A DNA stretch of 64,000 nt. Origin: Octopus vulgaris (Eukaryota). Position 1 is the first letter of the stretch. Each line of letters starts with the position of its first letter. The stretch lies in contig OX597821.1 in NCBI GenBank assembly GCA_951406725.2, forward strand, positions 75,764,001-75,828,000, read 5' to 3'. Under the pieces are notes generated by a model, which saw nothing but the letters and a program-made list of their open reading frames with translations, was not told where the DNA came from and did not search any database. The position numbers and the translations under genes were made by a program. This document shows positions 1 to 12,807 of this stretch, piece by piece.

Positions 1-819
1 GAATAGTGAAGAGACGTCAGCGAAAGTCGACATTTGTGGGTTTGAACTCAGAATGATTAAGCGAAGAATGAAATTTTTAAAAACATTTAATCGCTAAATC
101 GCACGAAATGCATTATTTCCACCATTGTTCATTACTCTAATCTGGTTCCTAAATAAAATGATTTCTGCTGCGATTAGTTTTGAATTCTGTTTGAAAATTA
201 AATGCAAGTTTATATTATGAATTTACTGGGAAAATAATTCTGCTTTTTTATTCCCGATTGAAACAATTTCTCATTTCAACAGCAAAAAGGATTAGGAACA
301 ACTTATGGAAAAGAACGATGCTCGTAACGGAGTTTTCTTCAATTATAAATTGAAATTTGGTGTTCAGAGTTTAATAACTTAACAACAATGTACACCTGGT
401 TCGTAGATAGACACACAACAACAACAACACACATGCGTATGCAAACACACACGCGCACACACACAAACACACACATATACACACATATATATATATATAT
501 ATATACAAGTATATGTATCTGTGTGTGTAAATTTATATATATTGTTATATCTAAATATATATATATACGTCTAGGTTTGTATTCATGTATGTGCGAGTCT
601 GTGTGTAAATATTCAGCCGAAAAAGCTATAATTTCTGATTAGCTAATGACTTTTAAATAACTACAATATTTAAATTTCTTCCCAGATACGAGGACCTCGT
701 TCGAATACAGTATATTTGAGGTGGTTACTTCATCTTTGCGATTCTATTAAGGTTTAATATATATTTTGAGGCGATTTAAATTTAGAATCTAAAGAACGGC
801 TATTAAGTAACACTTTGTA

Positions 820-1365
820 ATAAAGGTACAAGGCCTGGAATTTTAGGAGAAGGGACTAGTCGATTGCATCGACCTTACCGTTTCACTGGTACTTAATTTA
901 TCGATCCCAAAAGGATAAAAAGCAAAATCGACCTCGATGTGATTTGAATTTAGAACGTAGCGACGGACAAAATATCTATTTCTTTACTACCCACAAGGGG
1001 CTAAACACAGAGGGGACAAACAAGGACAGACAAACGGATTAAGTCGATTGCATCGACCCCAGTGCATAACTGGTACTTATTTAATCGACCCCGAAAGGAT
1101 GAAAGGCAACGTCGACCTCAGCGGAATTTGATCTCAGAACGCAGCGGCAGACGAAATACCTATTTCATTACTGCCCACAAGGGGCTAAACCCAGATGGGA
1201 CAAACAAGGACAGACAAAGGGATTAAGTCGGTTATATCGACCCCAGTGCGAAAGGATGAAAGGGAAAGTCGACCTCGGCGTAATTTGAACTCAGAACGTA
1301 ACGGCAGACGAAATACGGCTACGCATTTTGTCCAGCCTGCGAACATCTCTGCCAGTTCGCCGTCG
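820..1365 (-). mobile_element. tRNA-derived SINE family A, trimeric array (two tail-1 units plus one tail-2 unit)
   Basis: Minus strand shows an A-box-like TGGCAGA..GTT.GC, B-box-like GAGTTCAAAT and three copies of the core CCTTTCATCCTTTCGGGGTCGAT..AAGTACCAG (one internally deleted). Unit junctions at 976/977 and 1160/1161. Confidence 0.9.
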
Positions 1366-1979
1366 TAAGACTATTATTAGCACTGTATTAAATATAATCC
1401 TAATAACATTCTTTTATGAAAGGTTATTAATGATAAAGCATTATTTCCTGAAGAAATAAGATCAGACTGAATTGATCGCAGCACATCATCAGTATTTATT
1501 TTTTCATCCAGAGTGGTGTCTGGTAGTATTTGTTCTCGAAGCATGAAGAAATCTAATGCCATAATTAATGTAGTTCAATGATTGACGTTTATTAATATTG
1601 CACACGTGTTCAAGAATGGTAGAGATACAGAGCATTCTAAAGTGACTCCACATTAATCACAGGTGTTTCTTTGATCGATACAGTAGATTATTAAAGAAGT
1701 CAAACCCGGCAACGTTTGAATAAAAAAAAAATGCATGTAGTCGATTGTTCTAGCAATCGTGCAAATCTACCAAATACTATAGTGAAATATTAATCCTATC
1801 ATTGGCACAAAGCCATGATGCTGGGAGAGGGAAATATCCATTTATTTCACTGGTGCTTATTTCATTGAGAAAAGGAATTGTAGCACGATATGAAATCGGG
1901 AGATAATAAGACGTAACTGAGTTCATCATAGAAATGTTGTGCTCTGATACACAACTGTCCCTTCTTCAGTTGATGTTAA

Positions 1980-2135
1980 GTAGGTGAGTAGTGAAAAAGT
2001 TCTCTTCGCAATCACGATATTCTCGGTTCCAACTCATCGCATAGTGTCTTGAAGGAATGTCTTTCACAACAGCCTAGTTTCAACTGAAGTCGTTTGAGCG
2101 AAAACGAGTTGACGGTAACTATGGAAACCCATCAT
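1980..2135 (+). mobile_element. Highly decayed SINE family B (CORE-like) head
   Basis: Loose similarity to family B 5' half (…tgtcttgaaggaatgtctttcacaacagcc…gacggtaact…gaaaccc). Confidence 0.4.
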
Positions 2136-2419
2136 ATTGGTGGGTACCTGTAATTTAATAACTCAGTCGTGGCACATTATGTCCCGTTGATCCTACTTAA
2201 GAATTACATAACTGATAGACATATGCGTGGAATATTCAGCCAAGTATATACTATGTAAGTGAAGGAATTTCAACCGTGTTTCGTGTTCTGCTACCACAAC
2301 AGCTCCTTTATAGGACCCAGTTAGCTCAATATATCATCGGGAGAAACCACGTCCGTAATTTGCTTGACAGAACAAATGAATGCCTAGTGTCAAAGCCGAC
2401 AGTTATCCACACATTTCAG

Positions 2420-2600
2420 TTAGTTGTCCAACGAACAAATCATATATTAAAACAAAAGCGTCTGACAACTAAAGAGCATAGGGATCAGATTAAAGATTTA
2501 TATGCTTATATTATGGATAAGAAAGCTTTCGATGACAAAGAACAGATTCTTTGGGTCCACCATGAGCGTAAAGAGTGGAGTATGTATTAAAAGAATTCTA
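2420..2600 (+). pseudogene. Decayed RTE-like LINE reverse transcriptase fragment
   Basis: ORF 2276-2590 contains NHILKQKRLTTKEHRDQIKDLYAYIMDKKAFD..ILW, resembling the RT motif DHIF.LR...EK.RE....LY..FID..KAFD...LW. Confidence 0.5.
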
Positions 2601-3040
2601 CATCACAGTCAATGCATGTATTCATGAGGTATAATTTCTATGTTGCTCATAGCTGAATACACTGAGAGCTTCGAATGACAAAATATGAGCATGCTCTGAT
2701 AGAAATATAGACTGAATATTACTTGAATTGTGAATGTTTCACAAAATTATGCAGATCAGGTAGGGCACGTTGTTGTCAACAGAGTTGAGAATATACACCG
2801 AAGCTACAAAGAAAGTGTATAAAAATATAGTGAAATTAAATTCAGTAGTTGCGCGCAGTATGCTACCGTCTTGAACAGCATACTGATCGTTGTAGCCTAC
2901 AGAAGTATTTCTGAATCCATGCGTCTTTTGACATATCTCATATTAGTGCTCTGTGTCGATGGTTCTTCTGCGAAACTATTTTAAGAATGTCGCTTCTGCA
3001 TAATTACATGTGTTCGTACGTGTGTGGACGTATGGGCACA

Positions 3041-3060
3041 TATATGTATACATACATACA

Positions 3061-3125
<65 letters not shown>

Positions 3126-3126
3126 G

Positions 3127-3202
<76 letters not shown>

Positions 3203-3257
3203 CGTGTGCAAGTTTGTATGTCTGCATCTGTATATAAATATGATTTCACACAAACGT

Positions 3258-3318
<61 letters not shown>

Positions 3319-3335
3319 GGCATGTGTGTGTGTCT
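3041..3335. repeat. Compound (TA)n/(TG)n/(CA)n microsatellite
   Basis: Seen directly; source of the IYIY/CVCV ORFs. Confidence 0.97.
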
Positions 3336-3657
3336 GTGCAGAAGTGCACAGACATACGTATACACAGTCTTCGTTTACTTATAGACGTACAGCAAGAACC
3401 GTTTGAAGGACTTAGAAAATAAAGTCAAGTGAATTATTTATTTCTTGAGAGGCGAAAGCGACTTCGAAGTCTCGCTTATGGTTGCTTTTCATGCCGTTTC
3501 ATAGGGCGTTGCCTACGGCTCTTCCTAGTAACTCTCGGTTTTATGCCTTTATAGCTGAATATAAACATTAGTATGTATGTGTAAACATTAAGTGCAAATA
3601 TATGTGTACGAGTGTGCATCTATATATATATACATAGGTACATACACACACATACAT

Positions 3658-3713
<56 letters not shown>

Positions 3714-3723
3714 ATGTGTATGT

Positions 3724-3925
3724 ATTCTTTTACTTGTTTCAGACATTTTACTGTAGCCATGCTGGAGCACCTCTATTAGTCGAGCAAATCGACACCAGGA
3801 CTTATTCTTTCTAAGCCTAGTACTTATTCTATCGGGCTCTTTTGCCGAAACGCTAAGTTACAGGGACTTAAACACACCAGCATCGGTCGTCAAGCGATGT
3901 TGGTGAGACAGACACAGACACACAA
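3724..3925 (-). mobile_element. SINE family B, 3' half
   Basis: Matches the other B copies (cttttacttgtttcag…ccatgctggagcacc…cctagtacttattctatcgg…gtcaagcgatg). Confidence 0.9.
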
Positions 3926-3935
3926 AGATACAAAC

Positions 3936-3968
<33 letters not shown>

Positions 3969-4524
3969 TATATATATAATATAAATAGTATATAAATATC
4001 GTAGTATATTTCGTTTCTTTATATGAGTTCGTGTGTTGAAGCATATTCTGTTGTGTCTGGGGAGAGTCATTTCCTTTTTGTACCTTATAATTTAACACAA
4101 ACACCGGTAAAATTTGCACTTATTTCTTATTTTTACTTTCCCAAAATTTTCGTTGCGTCTTGCAACCGTTTCAATAGTCTTGGCTCTGTCGGATATTTAC
4201 ACTCCGTTCCTTTTTGTTTGTTTGTGCGCACGTGTGAGGGTCAGTGTGTGCTTGCCTATGCATGCATGCATGCATGTACGTATGTATGTATGTGTGTATG
4301 TATGTATGTATTCTGCATATTCATATACAAACACACGCTCACACACATTCATAGAAAATACACAAACACAGACATGCAAGCGCATGAATATGCAGAATAC
4401 ATACATACAGATGCACACACATACATATATATATACATATGCATACAGACACGTATATACATACACACATAAATACACACATACATACATAGGTACATGC
4501 ATGCATGCGTAGGCACACACACAA

Positions 4525-5260
4525 ATTTGGTAATCTTCATTGTTAATTCCAGCTGGAAACGTCTACGCCAACCCTCTTTTCTACACAGGTAAAGACGTTC
4601 TATATCTGCCTTAGGATGGTACATTCTATGCATTGTCAACAATTTTTGTATTTTTCTGCCACGATTACATATTTCAGTAATTGACCAGTTAATGATATTG
4701 ACACTGTAAGTCACGACTGGTATGGATAAAGTATTGATCGCTTCGATCCTGTTTCTTGCATTCAGCTCAGTCTTGAGTATTGCCCTTTCTCTGCGATAAC
4801 ATTCTCTTCTGAACATTTCTCACATCACTGAATGTCTGATTCCGTCCCCTTTAAATACTCGTAGGTATTTGTGGCTCTCCGCTGGTCAAGACTAATGTTG
4901 GATGTTTGTGTCATTTTCCTTTTGATAAAGGTAGTTTATGCACGTTTATCGAGGCCAAATTGCATCCTGATGTCATCACTGAATTGTTTAACAGTCGCTA
5001 GTAAGCCCTATAGTTGTAGGTCATTTTTAGCATAGAGCTTTAAACCATCCATGTGAATGAGAGAACTTATATTTTTATCAAACATTTTATAACAGTATTT
5101 TATGTCATCGAGTAATTTCGAGAGAGCTATTAAGGCTAGACGAAAGAGGAGTAGCGATAGAGAGTCACCATGGAAAATCCCACATGAAATTCTTACATCT
5201 CCAGCATTGAGAAATTCATTGTCACCATTCAAAGTCCGTATGATTCATCATGATCTCATA
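4525..5260 (-). pseudogene. Dong/R4-like non-LTR retrotransposon RT fragment
   Basis: GIFHGDSLSLLLF, HMDGLKLYAKND, FGLDK, NRIEAINTLSIPVVTYS and MYHPKADIERLYL motifs across ORFs 5008-5232 and 4349-4816; interrupted by stops and frameshifts. Confidence 0.9.
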
Positions 5261-5812
5261 CTTACAAACGAGAATTTTCGCAGAGTAGGGACTTTTTAAA
5301 CTTATGAATTGTTCACTCTGCGTAGTTTGAAGAATTAAAAATTGTTTTGTTTCGTTTTCTTTTGTTTTTGCTTCGTTTCTGACAAGTGCTTTCATATGCG
5401 TGTGTGTGTGTCCTGTAAATTTCAGGTAGTTGTTTAAACATTGGGATGTATGAGTGATCCTATGGGTATTAAAATGTATACATGATGGTGTAGACATTCG
5501 AATGTATGCGAAATTACTCAATTTATGTACTTACTGTTCTGTTCCATTTATGTTTTATATTTTGTAAACTTTCCGGTGTTGATTTCGCATGTATGGTTCG
5601 CACGTGTTTCGCTGAGACATCGTGCATAGGAGAAACTATGCTTTGTTTGGCAGTAAAGTTTCATTTTTGTGATTATTTTCGTTAAAAGACCACTTCCATC
5701 AAGTCTTCCACAGGTTCCGTAATCTCATTCCACCGATGTTATTAAATTAGATTTGTTTTTCAATGGATAGCCCTGTATAGCACATATATGTTGTTATTCA
5801 GCGCAGAGCTCG

Positions 5813-5821
5813 TATTATTAC

Positions 5822-5875
<54 letters not shown>

Positions 5876-5882
5876 CATCATT

Positions 5883-5932
<50 letters not shown>

Positions 5933-5945
5933 TATTATTATTATT
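5813..5945. repeat. (TTA)n/(TCA)n microsatellite
   Basis: Seen directly. Confidence 0.97.
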
Positions 5946-6545
5946 GCTTTTATCATTAACACTTAGCGAATTGGGCTATGTTTTACGCTTCATGATAAAA
6001 CACATATACTCCCATAAAGACAAATGACAACAAATTCTTTTTTCTATTCTCTTCTCTTCCCACATCTGAGTTACTTTCGTTTTTGTGTGCTTTGGTTCTT
6101 GCTGCTCAAACTTTGAGGATTATAGTATTTGTTTATGTCGTCCCCCTTTTTCAAATGATCAGTCGACTGATTGAGTAAACGGACCTATGAACGCACCTAA
6201 AATGAATATCAGAAACAACTGTAGGTCTACGATGCGCAAATAAATAAATGTGTAAAGCCCATAATTTATGCCTTCCCTTGTTTATCACTCTTTGAAAACA
6301 CACTGTATTAACTTGAAAAGGCAATCATGGATTTACGTAGAGTTCTAAACTAATCGCAAAACCTTTCTTCAGCCTGATGTACTTGTATTAGCGGAGAGCG
6401 GAAGATGTATTTTACTCAGATTGATGATTCGGTTATTAATAAATATGTATATGTAAATGAGTATATATCTTTCTATCTGTCTAGGAATGTGTATCTCTGT
6501 TTCTTTTTCTCTCTATATATGCTTGTATCTATCTATCTATCTATC

Positions 6546-7070
6546 TTTTTTGAACGATCCCTTTTGATCGAAAACCTACCCCCTTTTTTTTCTATCCAAA
6601 AAGAAAAGCTCTACTTTGTAATTTGTCCCCTCTGTGTTCAGCCCTGTGTGGTTAATAAAGAAATATATCTATCTATCAATCATTTTTGTACGATCCTTTT
6701 TGATCGAAAACCTACCCCCTTTTTTTCTATCCAAAAAGAAAAGCTCTACTTTGTAATTTGTCCCCTCTGTGTTCAGCTCTGTGTGGTTAATAAAGAAATA
6801 TATCTATCTATCTATCTTTTTCGTACGATCCCTTTTGATCGGAAATCTACCCCCTTTTTTCTATCCAAAACGAAAAGCTCTACTTTGTAATTTGTCCCCC
6901 CTGTGTTCAGCCCTGTGTGGTTAATAAAGAAATATATCTATCTATCTATCTATCTTTTTTGTACGATCCCTTTTGATCGAAAACCTACCCCCTTTTTTTC
7001 TATCCAAAACGAAAAGCTCTACTTTGTAATTTGTCCCCCCTGTGTTCAGCCCTGTGTGGTTAATAAATAA
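6546..7070 (+). repeat. Tandem array of 4 x ~136-bp units separated by short (ATCT)n
   Basis: CGATC anchors at 6555, 6691, 6826 and 6964. Each unit ends with TTGTCCCC(C/T)CTGTGTTCAGC(C/T)CTGTGTGGTTAATAAA(G/T)AAAT. Confidence 0.95.
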
Positions 7071-7124
<54 letters not shown>

Positions 7125-7128
7125 TTAA

Positions 7129-7190
<62 letters not shown>
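7071..7190. repeat. (ATCT)n microsatellite
   Basis: Seen directly. Confidence 0.97.
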
Positions 7191-7878
7191 GAGAGTCATT
7201 CAGTCTATCTGTGTCTCAATCTACCTACGTATATCACTCTACCTCTCTCCCTCCCTCTCTCTATATCTCTCTCACACACACATACTCTTAAATGTTAACT
7301 TTTTAAACGTTCGGTTATCGTTCCACCTACTTATGTTGTTTTTGTTGCTACTGTTGCTGCTGCTGTTGTTGTCGTCGTCGTTTTTATTATTAGTGTTGTT
7401 CTTGCTGCTATCAAAATTGAGAAGCTGTTAAAAGTGCAAACTCTGACGGTGTCTTCTTGTTTTAGCACTGAAACCAAATCAAGCAAGTAACCAACATTTT
7501 CCCCTTCTCGGCTCATTTAATTTTTCAATTCAATATTTAATGTTGACAAGCCACTTAATTAGAATATACCACATAAATATATAACGAGCGAGTTTTACAC
7601 CGTTTTAATATCTTAATATGTTGTTTCAACTAAGTGTAACAAATAGAGGCAACGTATACACGATGCATTCGGCTATAATATTTCTCGATGAATTTATCAT
7701 TAACACTAGCACCACAGCCATTCATCCGTTTCCGATCTACACACAACAAAATAAACCATAGCAGCGTCTCTTATAAAATTTCAGCATCTTCGGCCATTGG
7801 AAAGTAAGCCAGGAATCATTCTTAAATAATAATAGTAATAATAATAATATTATTATTATTATCATCATTATCATCATC

Positions 7879-8095
7879 AAGGCGTGGAGCTGGCAGAAAC
7901 GTTAGCACGCCGGACAAAATACTTAGCAGCATTTCGTCCGTCTTTACGTTCTGAGCTCAAATATCGCCGATGTCGACTTTGCTTTTCATACTTTGGGGAT
8001 CAATGAAATAAGTACCAGTTGCGTACTGGGGTCGATATAACCGACATCTCCTTTCCCCCAAATTTTCAGGTTTTGTGCCTTCAGTAGAAACGATT
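7879..8095 (+). mobile_element. SINE family A, full length, tail-2, inside an (ATT/ATC)n tract
   Basis: aaggcgtggagctggcagaaacgttagc head, core, then ccccaaattttcagg…gtgcct…gtagaaacgattatt running into (ATT)n. Confidence 0.92.
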
Positions 8096-8134
8096 ATTAT
8101 TATTATTGTTATTATTATTATTATTATTATTATA

Positions 8135-8167
<33 letters not shown>

Positions 8168-8198
8168 ATTATTATTATTATTATTATAATTGTTGTTA

Positions 8199-8233
<35 letters not shown>

Positions 8234-8249
8234 ATTGTTGTTGTTGTTG

Positions 8250-8328
<79 letters not shown>

Positions 8329-8342
8329 CAGTAGCAGTAGTA
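8093..8342. repeat. Compound (ATT)n/(GTT)n/(AGT)n microsatellite
   Basis: Seen directly. Confidence 0.97.
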
Positions 8343-8706
8343 ATGGCGCTTTTGTTTTGAAATTGACATTCACAGCTTCTCATCTAACCTCAGTTTCCTT
8401 CTGGGATAATAAAGCTTAAAATGCAAGCAATTCATATTTTTGTTGTTTGCCTGATGTCAATAGTAGTCGATGACCTACTTGTCTGCCATTGAGAGATACC
8501 TTAAAAAACGTCATAATTATTATTTAAGGAAATTGGCTCGGGTTAATAAAAATGGTTTCACATCCGGTGATAGAGCGGACATCAAATCTTGGGAAAAGAC
8601 ACTGCTATGAGAACAGAACAGAACTGAACATAAAATAGAGAAGAGAGGTGACAAAGAGTTATGAAGATATAAAATAGGAGGAGAGGAGAGAGAGGAGAGA
8701 GAGAAA

Positions 8707-8737
<31 letters not shown>

Positions 8738-9310
8738 CTGTCAAACAAAACTATATAAAAGGGCGATAGCCAGATAGAAAAATCACAAAATGACTGACTG
8801 ATTAACAACAGACATGTTGGGAGCAAAGCGGAGAAGAAAGGAGTAGATGAGATCAATATTTGGAGTAAAGAAGCTATAAATAGGGAAACTAAAAGACATG
8901 TGTGAGACACAAAAACAAAATGGCGGTTTAATAGGCAGAATGCAAATCTTCTTATCTGCTTGAATCAGTAGTTTGAGTGCTCTGCCGCAGAGAAATAAGC
9001 TAATGACAAAAATGCAGAATTATCAAAAATGAGATCTTTTTGAGGAGGGCGGGGATGTAAATGCATTCGGAGGGGGAAGGGAATAAAATCATCGGCAATT
9101 TTAAATGACACGAGCTCTTTAAAATATCAATCAATTCTAGTCTATATATATATGTCTGCAATTAAACGTACCCGCTTTTATATATTTATATATATACGCA
9201 CACATACATACATACATGTACACATATATCTATATCTATATTTACATCTATTAATTTATCTATCTATCTATGTATATGTATATGTATATACATATATATA
9301 TATATATACA

Positions 9311-9390
<80 letters not shown>

Positions 9391-9479
9391 CACATATGTA
9401 CATATTATCCTGGGTATCACGTTGTATATTTGCCTACGTGCGCACGCATTGCTCAGTATTGTTTATGAAATTTTTGTTT

Positions 9480-9651
9480 ACTCTTTTATTCTCCACCTTT
9501 AGTCGAGCAAATCGCCCCCAGGACTTATTCTTTGTAATAAGCCTAGTACTTATTCTAACGGTCTCTTTTGCCGAACGGCTAAGTTACGGGGACACAAACA
9601 CACCATCATCGGTTGTCAAGCGATGTTGGGGCGACAAACACAGACGCACAA

Positions 9652-9693
<42 letters not shown>

Positions 9694-9838
9694 ACACGTA
9701 TATATAAATATACATATATACAACGGTCTTCTTTTAGTTTCCGTCTACCAAATCCACTCACAAGGCTTTTGTAGGCCCGAGGCTATAGTAGAAGACACTT
9801 ACCCAAGTTGCCACGCAGTGGGACTGAACCCGGAACCG
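9480..9838 (-). mobile_element. SINE family B (CORE-type), 5'-truncated
   Basis: Minus strand ggttccgggttcagtcccactgcgtggcaacttgggtaagtgtcttc (B box plus CORE-like motif), internal (TG)n and family 3' body. Confidence 0.9.
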
Positions 9839-12807
9839 AAAATCTTAATGTCATTTTGCAGTAAGTGAGCTCTTTACAATTTGAAGAAAATTAACAATTT
9901 AAACGAGTTAGCATTTGAAATTTCCGCAGAAAGTATCAAACCTAAATTGAGCAATCTTTCATTAAAGTCTAGAAATGTTTTGGATTGTGGAATGGCGACA
10001 TGTCATTCGCTGAGTTTGAATGTCTAGATATTTTGCAAGAAATCTTATTTAAAGGGCTTTTCCGTAAACCCTAAATGATGATTGTTCTAACTATTGTTTG
10101 TAAGAGAGTCTTTTACTCAATACTCTAATCTAATGCTTGAGACAGACAATTTTCATTTAGGTGACAGATATTAGGACAGTTAAAACTTGAGGAAGACACT
10201 GGTTTACGTCTCTGTATAGTTTATGCTGTTGATGCTGACTATGGCATCAGTTTTCGATGCAAATGTGACTCACTTTAATGCCAGATTTATTTAAACTCTT
10301 ACAACATCAAGTCACAAAACGAACAGCGCTCTTCTGTTGGCAATAGATTTTATCTTTGAAGTCACTGACTTTTAATGCAACACCGCTATAATGAGTAATG
10401 TACCTATAAAACATCTCACCAAAAAGATGCTCGATATACGCTAAATACTATTATTAAATTCCTAAAGATCGTTAAGGGCTGGTTGGAAATTATATTACAG
10501 AGTATCTGAAGTTATTCGTATGACAATAATTATAGTTATATTCGTATTAATATTGTTAATGTTATTAATACTATTGCTGCTGTGGTTGTTTTGTTATTTT
10601 TGTTGCTATCATTGCTATTGTTGTTGTTAAAGGCGAAACGAGAAGCTATTTTGGTTTTTTGCTTCGTCAGTTTTTGGCAAATTTCTCATAACTTCTCCCC
10701 TTCTAGGTGCATATTTACTTGTTATTTCCTATCCATTAGGGGCATTACTTCCTCTCCTTCCTCTGAATCTATTTGCTTTTTATGTAAAGTACGCCACAGT
10801 TACAATGTCGGACGACTTTATTTTATTTAAAATAAAGAAATCTAGATTATCTCTGATAAAATCGAAATGGATTTGAATTAATCTATAATAATCTCCGCGA
10901 GAGAAACCATGCAGCACGCCGGAACGGGGACAAAGAATTCCGTCAACATATGCGGCAATAACACGAACTGATTGGAAACCACTCTTTCACCAAATGATGA
11001 GAAACAAGTGGAATGTATGGATATGAAGTTGCCATTGGAGATTCTTATGCCAAACACGTCGGAAAACTTTGCTAATATCTTGGAAGAATATACTGTGTTC
11101 ATCATTTAACGTCAAGCTCAGGAATTATTTCTAGGTGAACGAAGAGAGTACGTCAGCATTGGATCTGACTTTACGAAACACTACCAGTGATTATTAATAT
11201 GAGGTAAAGAAAATTGTTGGAGCAAAAAACCGTGAATGCCTTCGTCTAGAAGTTTAGATGTATGAAGTGCTGCAAATGATGATAGCTCCCAAAGTCAAGA
11301 TCGATCCCGTGGAGAGGAGAAATTTGAAAAGTTCAATGGGTTCTGACGCCAGCTCTGGTGAGTATTGAAGTGCAATTTTTAACATAACTGAAAAGAGTAC
11401 TTTCAAGTCTAGTAGCATATTGAGTTTTAAGTGACCGAATGTCTCCTTTGCATATGGTGTGTGTGCAATGCATAATGGTGGACATGGCTGTTGAGAAAGG
11501 AACAGAATTGGCTGATTTCCCAAATGTTTGCAGCGTGAATAGAAATCCATGGGTTGTCCTCGTTTTTCTAGCACAGTTTGTGTAGGATTAAAACATATTG
11601 CCCTAGTTATAACGACTGAAAACATAGTTTGGATCAATCGTAAGCTTTTGATATGTCCGATCTTTATTACTTGGGAGTTTGCTGGTTTCGCTCCATTTTA
11701 AATGAAGACCGGCAAATGCAGAATGGCCGCCAACCGAAATATAATTTTTGTTTTATTATTATTCTTTATTACTGTCATAGTAGACATGTACGATATCATT
11801 TCATCTTTCTGTGGAATCTTCAGCACGGTTCAACTTGAGATTTTCGAATTATTTCCTCTGTTCATTTGTAAACAAAGATTAAAGTCACAGTTAAAGACAG
11901 ATCAATTTTTTTTCGTCTAACAGTGGAGAGAAGGAAGGAAGAGAGAAAGAGAAAAGTAGAAAATCTGTTAAGTGGTTTTGGAATATCTTGCAATATCTTT
12001 TCCTTTTTCTTTTTGTATATATCCAGCATTAATTTGTCTTGAGTAATGATCCTTTATATAGGCACATTTACTGTTCTTTCTACGGTCCAAGACAGAAGCC
12101 CTCCACTTCATTGTTAAAAACTTATGCAATCCATTTTTAGAGTAAAATTTATAAATTTTCATCCATGTTAATTTAGCTGTATTACCTCGCTCGCCAGTTA
12201 GGTGAGTGCTAGGCATAACAACTACTTAAGAATAGGGTAAGCCATCGCTTTGATGTTTTCTTTTCTATGGTACACACTTCCTTTTGTTGTTTGAGACCAA
12301 CATTACCTGCTTCTCAGGTCATGTCTTTCAAGGGTTACTCTTGTAATAAGCTAAAATGTGGAACCAAATAGTAATCTTAGTCGAAACCACTTAATTGGAA
12401 AAAGTTTAGGTATTTCGCTTAAAGCAATATTATCTTAAAAATAAAATGGTAAATATTATCGAAGATATCGCGAAAGTTCAAGCGTAAATCCTTCAAAAGC
12501 CTAGCTTATGAAACGAAATCGAAGACGGAAGCGACAACTATATATATATATATAAGTAAACAATGTGAAAATCAAGTTGGAAAAATATTATGAAATATGA
12601 TGCATCAGTATAGAGAATTGTGTGTATGCGTGTATGTTTGTGTGAGTGTGGGTGTGTGCGTGTATGTGTGTGTGTGATTGTGCGTGTGTGCGTGTATGTA
12701 TGTGTGTGTGTGCGTGTGTGTGTGTCGCACCGACTCCTATCTGGCTTGTTATGCACAGACAGTAATTATTTAACCATATCTCGTGTAGAGGAACAACATT
12801 ATACGTG

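Noticed and set aside
1377-1562. 61-aa protein-like ORF (MALDFFMLREQ…)
   Set aside because: No recognisable motif, an in-frame stop just upstream and no convincing splice sites; cannot be supported without a homology search.
2976-3422. Many overlapping long ORFs (IYIY, CVCV, THTH), also at 9.2, 19.1, 35, 47.6 and 58.6 kb
   Set aside because: Stop-free translation of dinucleotide microsatellites in several frames; no protein signal.
6546-7070. CRISPR-like look of regularly spaced repeats and ORF 6405-6890
   Set aside because: Units are ~120 nt with ATCT microsatellite spacers rather than unique spacers; eukaryotic context and no cas genes. The ORF simply reads through the repeat.
9860-10480. 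Possible LINE endonuclease remnant (DFNA-like), with similar faint RT or Penelope traces at ~5560-5800, ~47250-47350 and ~49240-50190
   Set aside because: Too decayed to call by eye; only isolated motif-like words.
11254-11637. 127-aa minus-strand ORF, superficially like a transposase segment
   Set aside because: No catalytic or conserved motif could be aligned with confidence; probably a chance ORF.
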